Assembly: GCA_965200425.1 (NCBI GenBank)
Contig: CBDAUA010000007.1
Coordinates: 102,749-166,748, forward strand
DNA from: Arenicellales bacterium
Lineage (GTDB): Bacteria; Pseudomonadota; Gammaproteobacteria; Arenicellales; JAJDZL01
Length of the DNA stretch: 64,000 nucleotides
Direction of reading: 5' to 3'
Part shown: positions 56,366 to 64,000 of the stretch, in pieces
Numbering within the stretch: the stretch's first letter is position 1
How the letters are laid out: each line of letters opens with the position of its first letter
Notes under the pieces: model-generated
Database searches by the model: none
Seen by the model: only the letters and a program-made list of their open reading frames with translations
Told to the model about the DNA's origin: nothing
Program-made: the position numbers and the translations under genes

Positions 56366-57739
56366 TCACCTCACCTTTTCCAAATTGGGTATTGCTAGTG
56401 CTTTGCGTTTGCGCTGAGTGGGAATTCGCAATTCAGAACGGTACTTTGCAACTGTCCGACGTGATATTTCTACCCCTCCGCTGCGTAAACGATCGGTAAT
56501 CTGTCGGTCACTTAGAGGGTGTTGTCGATCTTCTTGTTCAACGATCTTCATTAACTTGTGCTTAATTGAAGTGGTAGAACCATCGCTACCGAATCGATTC
56601 CGAATTCGATAAGAAAATAAACTTTTCAACTCAATAGTGCCGTCTGGTGTCATTATATATTTTCCAGAACAGGCTCGGCTGACTGTCGATTCGTGTAAAT
56701 TCAGAGTATCGGCGACTTCTCGAAGTGTAAGGGGCCGCATGTATTCAGCACCGAGCTCTAGATATGACTTTTGACGTCGGACAATTTCCTGTCCAACTCG
56801 CAAAATTGTTTGGTGTCTTTGACTCAAACCATACAAGAAAGCATTTGCTCGATCCAGATTTTGCTTCAAAAATTTAACACTTTGCGGGTCTCGTTCAGTA
56901 TGTAGCATAGCTTGAAAAGTCTTTGAAACCCTCAATTTTGGTAAGACCTCTTCATTTGACTCGACGATCCATTGTCGACCCACCTTGTGTACCAAAAGAT
57001 CCGGAATAACAAACTCCGCAGCAGCACCGAACTGGTTACCAGGTAAGGGATTGAGGGACTGAATCAGTTCAACTGCAGACTGCACTTCTGATTGACCACA
57101 ACCGAGTCCAAGTTTGATTTGATCCAATTCCATCTCTGCGAGTTCTTCCATGTAACTCAGCAGAATTTCACGCGCTATGTTTGAAACTGATTCCGACTCA
57201 GGAGGAAGCTGAAGCAACAAGCATTCTTGCAGATTTCGTGCAGCCACGCCAGGCGGATTCATTCCTTGGATCACGGATATAACGCGTTCAATCGACACGC
57301 GCGAAACAGGTTGGACTTTGGACAAAAACGATGCAATGTCGTCTATCGATTCATAGAGATAACCACTTTCGTCGATGGATTCGATCACTGCGTTTGCAAT
57401 AAAGTGCTCCGCTTGAACCAATCCAGAGGTGTAAAGTTGAGCCTTTAGGTGTTCTTGTAGTGTAATACTCTGTCTACTTTGCGCCGCGTAATCCAGAAAG
57501 TCATTCGAGTCAGTTTCCGAAGCGTTCGAAAGAGAAGATTGTGAGTCGTACGAGTAAGCATCACCAAGTGATTCAACTAGATTAGAGTCAACTTCTTCAA
57601 GCATCGGATTCGAGTCAAGGGCTGCTTGAATCTCAACCACAAGTTTGGGGGCCGGCATTTGCAATAGACGAATTGCAGTCAGAAATCGCGCGTTGACTTC
57701 TTGCTTTTGTCTCTGCCGCAATTCAACGCGCTGTCTCAT
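56366..57739 (-). CDS. rpoN: RNA polymerase sigma-54 factor
   Basis: Region I AIRLLQMP, a C-terminal HTH (TLREVADTLNLHESTVSRA) and an RpoN box ARRTVAKYR (here SRRTVAKYR). Confidence 0.93.
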   Translation of the reverse strand: MRQRVELRQRQKQEVNARFLTAIRLLQMPAPKLVVEIQAALDSNPMLEEVDSNLVESLGDAYSYDSQSSLSNASETDSNDFLDYAAQSRQSITLQEHLKAQLYTSGLVQAEHFIANAVIESIDESGYLYESIDDIASFLSKVQPVSRVSIERVISVIQGMNPPGVAARNLQECLLLQLPPESESVSNIAREILLSYMEELAEMELDQIKLGLGCGQSEVQSAVELIQSLNPLPGNQFGAAAEFVIPDLLVHKVGRQWIVESNEEVLPKLRVSKTFQAMLHTERDPQSVKFLKQNLDRANAFLYGLSQRHQTILRVGQEIVRRQKSYLELGAEYMRPLTLREVADTLNLHESTVSRACSGKYIMTPDGTIELKSLFSYRIRNRFGSDGSTTSIKHKLMKIVEQEDRQHPLSDRQITDRLRSGGVEISRRTVAKYRSELRIPTQRKRKALAIPNLEKVR

Positions 57740-57874
57740 TACAATTTAAGCTGGATCAGTCTCTGCGCTGTAAGCAGCACAAATGAAAATTTGGGGGTGT
57801 CGAATCGGGTTGGTAACTTGTATTGAAAGGCTGGAACTCGACTTTGTCGAACCAGCCACCAACACAAAAACTGA

Positions 57875-58603
57875 CTACATGTGGAAGTTTTTTCCCAAAT
57901 AATATGCTCGGACCTCATGGTTGTTTGCAATTTCGTAAGCGGAGCCTTTTGCGATTACTTCACCTCGATTCATAATGTAACATCGATTGCAAACTTGGAG
58001 AGTCTCCCTTACGCTATGATCGGTAATCAAAATCCCCACTTTTCGAGCCTGCATTTGCTCAATTAAATTCATCAATTCTTCGACTGCAACTGGATCAACA
58101 CCTGCAAAAGGCTCGTCCAGAAGCAAAAAATCGGGGTCCAGAGAAATTGCTCTAGCAATCTCGACTCTACGACGTTCACCGCCAGACAAAACATTTGATT
58201 GTTGCTTTCGCAAGTGACTGATTTTAAATTCTTCCAGCAAGAATTCCAGTTGCAGTACTTGCTCTGCGCGAGTTAGATCCTTTCTAGTTTCGAGCAATGC
58301 TTTGACATTCTGTTCAACAGTCATTCTACGAAAGATAGAGGCTTCTTGAGGAAGATAACCGATACCTTTTTTTGCGCGTTCGTACAGGGGAAGGTATGAA
58401 ATTTCTTCATCATCAAGTCGTATAGAACCTCGATTCGCAAATTCCAAACCAACTACTATATTAAAGCAGGTTGTTTTGCCTGCTCCATTGGGCCCCAGTA
58501 GACCGATAACCTCGCCACGGTCTACGTGCAAGCTGACTGACTTTACAACTTCCCGCGTCTTATATGATTTGCAAACCCCGACAGCTTCCAATCTCCGATA
58601 CAT
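57875..58603 (-). CDS. lptB: LPS export ABC transporter ATP-binding protein
   Basis: GPNGAGKTT, LSGGERRRVEIARA, LLLDEPFAGVDP, and a position upstream of rpoN. Confidence 0.93.
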   Translation of the reverse strand: MYRRLEAVGVCKSYKTREVVKSVSLHVDRGEVIGLLGPNGAGKTTCFNIVVGLEFANRGSIRLDDEEISYLPLYERAKKGIGYLPQEASIFRRMTVEQNVKALLETRKDLTRAEQVLQLEFLLEEFKISHLRKQQSNVLSGGERRRVEIARAISLDPDFLLLDEPFAGVDPVAVEELMNLIEQMQARKVGILITDHSVRETLQVCNRCYIMNRGEVIAKGSAYEIANNHEVRAYYLGKNFHM

Positions 58604-58660
58604 GGAATTCGATGTCCTTGTTCAATCACTGTGGTTTAATGTGATTGTACAGTTACGATT

Positions 58661-59152
58661 CTAGTTCGATTTCAATGTAATGACGACTCTAGACTCATCA
58701 TTTAAGTGCGTGAGCTCCTCATCATAAACCGCATGAATCTCACCAGTTTCAACGTTGTAAGTTACTCTATCGGCGGTCAACGTGACATCACCTATTTCGG
58801 CTCTAACTCTTCTGACTAGTTTTATTTCACGTTTACCGAAGTCGACTATCGCTTCCAATGCAGTAATTGTGTCTTGCTCGTTATCCCTAGATGAAATTGC
58901 ACTAAACTCTAAAGGTTGTCCTATCAATTTCGCGATCGACTCGCGTTCAGAAATTTCCGCTTCGTCCGCAAAAATAGAATAGTTACCCTGCGTTATCTCC
59001 ACGTTGCCATGGTACTTGCTAGTTAACTGAACCGCGTTATAGTAGGTTTCGTCTGACCTGATTTTTATCACACCGCCATTTTGCGCCATAGAGACTGAGC
59101 TAAAAAATATCGCGAGCGCGATGAAGATAATTGAACAACTAAATTGTTTCAA
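58661..59152 (-). CDS. lptA: LPS transport periplasmic protein LptA (OstA-like)
   Basis: Signal peptide plus a beta-jellyroll pattern, positioned between lptC and lptB. Confidence 0.8.
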   Translation of the reverse strand: MKQFSCSIIFIALAIFFSSVSMAQNGGVIKIRSDETYYNAVQLTSKYHGNVEITQGNYSIFADEAEISERESIAKLIGQPLEFSAISSRDNEQDTITALEAIVDFGKREIKLVRRVRAEIGDVTLTADRVTYNVETGEIHAVYDEELTHLNDESRVVITLKSN

Positions 59153-59218
59153 AATTTGCTACTCCTACTATAAGTTGTGCTGTTGATGTGATCATTTTCT
59201 TTAATAAACCTTGTATTA

Positions 59219-59677
59219 TCAGTTTTCTTGATTTTCTTGTAAAGGTTTATCTTCGCTCGAATCTAAATTGAACCTCAAACTATTTGATCGAGAAATGATT
59301 GGATCTGAGTTAACGTTTTCTACGACTGTGATAACTACATCGTCTTCCAGAACCAAATAATTGCTACTCTCATAATAAACTCCCTTAACCGCTCTCGCTG
59401 TACGCCAATAACCGTCTTGACTGTAATGCGAGACAAAGGGCTCTTCAATGTGCCCGATGCCGTCAACTGGATTTTGCTGAAGGCGTTTGGATTCAATCGT
59501 ATAATTTAGGTGTGACCCTGACGAGAAGCCGGCAAGTTTTAAATCGGAAATAACACGTTCGGCTTTATTTGCAGTTTGCGTGCCCAGTTCTTCAGATTCA
59601 TCGTATTCGAAATCGCCAACTGACACCGCTAGATAACACACAGCGACAAAGATTCCTATGTTCACTATCCATTTCAC
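59219..59677 (-). CDS. lptC: LPS export system protein LptC (short form)
   Basis: Single N-terminal TM and a small beta-rich periplasmic domain, positioned upstream of lptA. Called mainly from synteny. Confidence 0.65.
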   Translation of the reverse strand: MKWIVNIGIFVAVCYLAVSVGDFEYDESEELGTQTANKAERVISDLKLAGFSSGSHLNYTIESKRLQQNPVDGIGHIEEPFVSHYSQDGYWRTARAVKGVYYESSNYLVLEDDVVITVVENVNSDPIISRSNSLRFNLDSSEDKPLQENQEN

Positions 59678-59762
59678 TTGTCGTACCTATTAATACTTCT
59701 TCCCGCAGAACGAATCACTGATTCGGAATTGTTCACACTGTTGTCAAATTGATTGTTAATTT

Positions 59763-60578
59763 TTGATGAAATCAACTCACGATAAATTCATAGTCTCCAT
59801 TCAAGGAGTTGAATTCGGGTTTGGTGAAAAAAGCATCTATTCTAATATTAGTATAGAAGTACCGAATTATGGTGTCAGTGTCATTATGGGACCTAGTGGT
59901 TGTGGTAAATCTACCTTACTCAACTTAATCAATGGCCGTCTACGACCTACACGCGGAACCGTTACAGTACTAGGCCGCCAAGTAGATCAACTCAAAGAAA
60001 AAGAACTATTTCACATGCGACGTCAAATGGGAATGCTTTTTCAATCGAGTGCTCTGCTTACGGATTTAACGGTCTACGACAATGTAGCTTTTCCAATACG
60101 TGAAAATACGAATTTACCAAATGTTCTTGTTCACAAACTCGTTCTAATGAAATTGGAACAAGTAGGTTTGCGTGGGGCTATGAATTTGATGCCGTCTGAA
60201 CTTTCTGGAGGCATGCAACGAAGGGTTGCACTAGCCAGATCTGTTGCATTAGACCCCAAACTCCTTCTTTTTGACGAACCATTTACTGGACTTGATCCCA
60301 TTTCACTCGGCGTAATCAGTAAACTCGTACGGGAGTTAACAGATGCACTGAACACGACTTCCATAGTGGTAACTCATGATGTAGAAGAAGGACTAAGCAT
60401 TGCTGATTTTTGTTATCTTCTGGGCAGCGGACGTTTACTCGCAAGTGGTTCACCCACAGAACTACTCGAAAGTTCCCAACCCGAAGTCAGACAATTTCTT
60501 CATGGGCTGCCGGATGGTCCCGTACAGTTTCATTATCCGGCCAAGCAATATCAAAGCGAAATTTTGGACAACCACTAA
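59763..60578 (+). CDS. mlaF: Phospholipid (Mla-type) ABC transporter ATP-binding protein
   Basis: GPSGCGKST, LSGGMQRRVALAR, LLFDEPFTGLDP. Divergent from the lpt operon, as in enterobacteria. An ATG at 59766 is an alternative start. Confidence 0.88.
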   Translation: MMKSTHDKFIVSIQGVEFGFGEKSIYSNISIEVPNYGVSVIMGPSGCGKSTLLNLINGRLRPTRGTVTVLGRQVDQLKEKELFHMRRQMGMLFQSSALLTDLTVYDNVAFPIRENTNLPNVLVHKLVLMKLEQVGLRGAMNLMPSELSGGMQRRVALARSVALDPKLLLFDEPFTGLDPISLGVISKLVRELTDALNTTSIVVTHDVEEGLSIADFCYLLGSGRLLASGSPTELLESSQPEVRQFLHGLPDGPVQFHYPAKQYQSEILDNH

Positions 60579-60579
60579 A

Positions 60580-61359
60580 TTGTTAAAACTTATCCAAAAC
60601 ATCGGTTCCGTCACCTTACAGTCGATTCAGAGACTAGGCTACGCCACAACATTCTTGTTTCAGTCTTGCTACCAAATTCCAAGAACATTAAGCCGACCGA
60701 GGCTAATCGTACGACAAATTTACTCCGTCGGAGTCCTCACAGTCCTGATCACAGTTGTCGCTGGCGCTTTCGTAGGAATGGTGCTTGGATTTCAGGGATA
60801 TTATACACTCGTCGACTTTGGCGCAGAAAGCGAGCTTGGGCTTTTGGTGGCACTAAGTCTAACAAGAGAATTGGGACCAGTTTTGTCGGCTTTACTCTAT
60901 GCTGGTAGAGCTGGCTCAGCACTTACCGCCGAAATTGGCTTGATGAAAACGACAGAACAACTTGCGGCATTGGAAATGATGGCAGTCAATCCGATTCAGC
61001 GAGTGATTACACCCCGACTATTGGCTGGAATCCTAGCAGTACCGTTATTGTGTGCGATGTTTACTCTTGTCGGGATGTTCGGCGGATATTTCGCTGGAGT
61101 GGTGCAACTTGGGGTCGATTCCGGAGTTTACTGGTCATCAATTGAAACTGGAGTGGATTTTCACAATGATCTACTAAATGGGCTCATCAAAAGTCTCGTT
61201 TTCGGCGTCGTTGTAACTTGGATTGCAGTGTTCGAAGGCTACGATACCTATCCTTCGGCAGAGGGAATCAGTAATGCGACCACTCGAACTGTTGTTGCTG
61301 CCTCTCTTGCAATTTTGGGCATGGATTATGTTTTGACTGCACTGATGTTTGGCCTCTAA
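60580..61359 (+). CDS. mlaE: Mla-type ABC transporter permease
   Basis: MlaE/YrbE pattern (RELGPVLSALLYAGRAGSALTAEIGLMKTTEQLAALEMM). Start set to the TTG at 60580, immediately after the mlaF stop, giving about 259 aa. The ORF track extends spuriously into mlaF. Confidence 0.85.
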   Translation: MLKLIQNIGSVTLQSIQRLGYATTFLFQSCYQIPRTLSRPRLIVRQIYSVGVLTVLITVVAGAFVGMVLGFQGYYTLVDFGAESELGLLVALSLTRELGPVLSALLYAGRAGSALTAEIGLMKTTEQLAALEMMAVNPIQRVITPRLLAGILAVPLLCAMFTLVGMFGGYFAGVVQLGVDSGVYWSSIETGVDFHNDLLNGLIKSLVFGVVVTWIAVFEGYDTYPSAEGISNATTRTVVAASLAILGMDYVLTALMFGL

Positions 61360-61458
61360 AGCAACGCCTGAGTGAAATTTCCATTTACACAAGTCGACTC
61401 ACGTTTTTTATTGGTCTTTTTATGATAATTCACGACCGAATTAGTCATATACCCTAAC

Positions 61459-61496
61459 AAAAAAGCCCTGCCTAGATACTCGGCAGGGCTTTTTGT
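61459..61496. terminator. Bidirectional rho-independent terminator between mlaE and groEL
   Basis: AAAAAAGCCCTGCC-tagatactc-GGCAGGGCTTTTTG: a 9-bp GC-rich stem with an A-run on one side and a T-run on the other. Confidence 0.8.
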
Positions 61497-61512
61497 TTCA
61501 CCAAATGGTGTT

Positions 61513-63144
<1,632 letters not shown>

Positions 63145-63182
63145 TTATTTCTCCATATTTACTTGATTGCTGTTAAATAAAA

Positions 63183-63470
63183 TTATTCAATAACTGCCAT
63201 GATGTCATCTTCACGCATCATCAGCACTTCTTCACCATTCTGTTTGAAATCGGTGCCGGCATACTTACCAAATAACACCTTGTCCCCAACCTTGACATCA
63301 AGGCGGCGGACAGATCCATCATCCAGAATCTTTCCATTTCCTACTGCAAGAACTTCCCCTTGCATAGGTTTTTCAGCCGCGGTATCCGGAATTACAATTC
63401 CGCCAGGGCTTCGTCGTTCATCTTCAACTCTTCGAACGACTACTCGATCATGAAGTGGGCGAATTTTCAC
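63183..63470 (-). CDS. groES: Co-chaperonin GroES
   Basis: [14 protein letters not shown]... 95 aa. GTG start with a GGAGG RBS. Confidence 0.97.
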   Translation of the reverse strand: MKIRPLHDRVVVRRVEDERRSPGGIVIPDTAAEKPMQGEVLAVGNGKILDDGSVRRLDVKVGDKVLFGKYAGTDFKQNGEEVLMMREDDIMAVIE

Positions 63471-63655
63471 TCAATCCTCCAGTCAACAAATTAAAAAAAA
63501 TACCAAATGCCAAAGCGAAAATATTAACTTCACGCGCTTTGACTTTACGAAATAAAAAAAATCGCAACCTCACGCTTCTTCGACCCAAGTCATAGAAACA
63601 TTTGGCACCGATTCTTGAAAAATAATCTGTATCTGCGTCACCACAGACACGATTA

Positions 63656-63682
63656 TTAGCACTCACCACGGGTGAGTGCTAA
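63656..63682 (-). promoter_or_regulatory. CIRCE operator (HrcA binding site), perfect consensus
   Basis: TTAGCACTC-accacgggt-GAGTGCTAA matches TTAGCACTC-N9-GAGTGCTAA exactly, upstream of groES. Confidence 0.85.
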
Positions 63683-63684
63683 TA

Positions 63685-63712
63685 ATTATAGGAACGATAT
63701 TTTGGAAGTCAA
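63685..63712 (-). promoter_or_regulatory. Sigma-70-type promoter for groESL (TTGACT-N16-TATAAT)
   Basis: The minus strand reads gtgTTGACTtccaaaatatcgttccTATAATtaTTAGCACTC. The -10 element ends 2 nt before CIRCE, the classical arrangement of HrcA-controlled promoters. Confidence 0.6.
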
Positions 63713-63850
63713 CACTAATTTAAAGAAAAATTGAAATAATTCAAGTTTTTTTCAAACTACTACAAAGTTCGCTAATGTATAAAATTGCTTTCTCACAATC
63801 ATCTTTGTTTCAATTCATTGCCATCGCAAAAAACTCATTTAAGGCGAGAC

Positions 63851-64000
63851 ATGTCAAGTAAAAATAGTAAATTCAAATCAATCAAAATCTGGGATCTACC
63901 TGTTCGAGTTTTTCATTGGGCACTGGCGATCATGACTCTAATGATGTTTGGTAGTGCTAAAACAGAAAATTTCGATATTCATATTCTGATTGGTCAATGC
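63851..64000 (+). CDS. Cytochrome b561 / Ni-Fe hydrogenase b-type cytochrome family protein, N-terminal fragment (continues beyond the window)
   Basis: My translation, MSSKNSKFKSIKIWDLPVRVFHWALAIMTLMMFGS, shows the WDLPVR.FHW start typical of PF01292-type cytochrome b proteins. Confidence 0.65.
   Translation, partial: MSSKNSKFKSIKIWDLPVRVFHWALAIMTLMMFGSAKTENFDIHILIGQC

Noticed and set aside
63603-63618. TGGCACcgattCTTGA on the plus strand, looked at as a possible sigma-54 promoter because rpoN is in the window
   Set aside because: The -12 element is out of register: CTTGA in place of TTGC at the required spacing, so the GC dinucleotide is missing. It lies about 250 nt from the next plus-strand gene. 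Not convincing.

Overview
This 64 kb chromosomal window is densely packed with about 58 protein genes and one tRNA. Gene order looks gammaproteobacterial: lptC-lptA-lptB-rpoN-hpf-ptsN-rapZ-npr, miaB-phoH-ybeY-corC-lnt, ispE-lolB-TPR opposite prfA-prmC, and anmK-M23-tyrS. From sampled lines the GC content looks low to mid 40s percent (not computed). A marine, streamlined lifestyle is only an inference, based on the betaine-type ABC transporter and the methylamine/N-methylglutamate genes. Most of the window is ordinary housekeeping. I found no CRISPR array, integrase, transposase, prophage genes, reverse transcriptase or rRNA, and no compositionally obvious island. No complete new multi-gene system is visible. 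The least explained part is 3.2-11.2 kb. It holds a monocistronic 753-aa protein built from DNA-binding motifs (a near-consensus sigma-70 region-4.2 signature), a perfect 16-bp palindrome just upstream of it, a 770-aa acidic protein made of about 20 TPR-like repeats, and a DUF169-like gene, all separated by unusually long spacers. Other points worth a second look:
- an orphan HI0074-type HEPN gene with no MNT partner and an apparently degenerate active site
- a tandem acyl-CoA dehydrogenase pair in which only the first keeps a catalytic Glu (alpha/beta heteromer signature)
- an mgsABC-gmaS (glxBCD-glnT) cluster without mgd genes
- a perfect CIRCE operator fused to a near-consensus sigma-70 promoter upstream of groESL
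- an NCS2 permease with a 140-aa C-terminal extension
- a split betaine-type ABC transporter locus with a fused double permease
- truncated mlaFE and lptCAB neighbourhoods
All functional calls come from reading the ORF translations against remembered family motifs. No database search was run.
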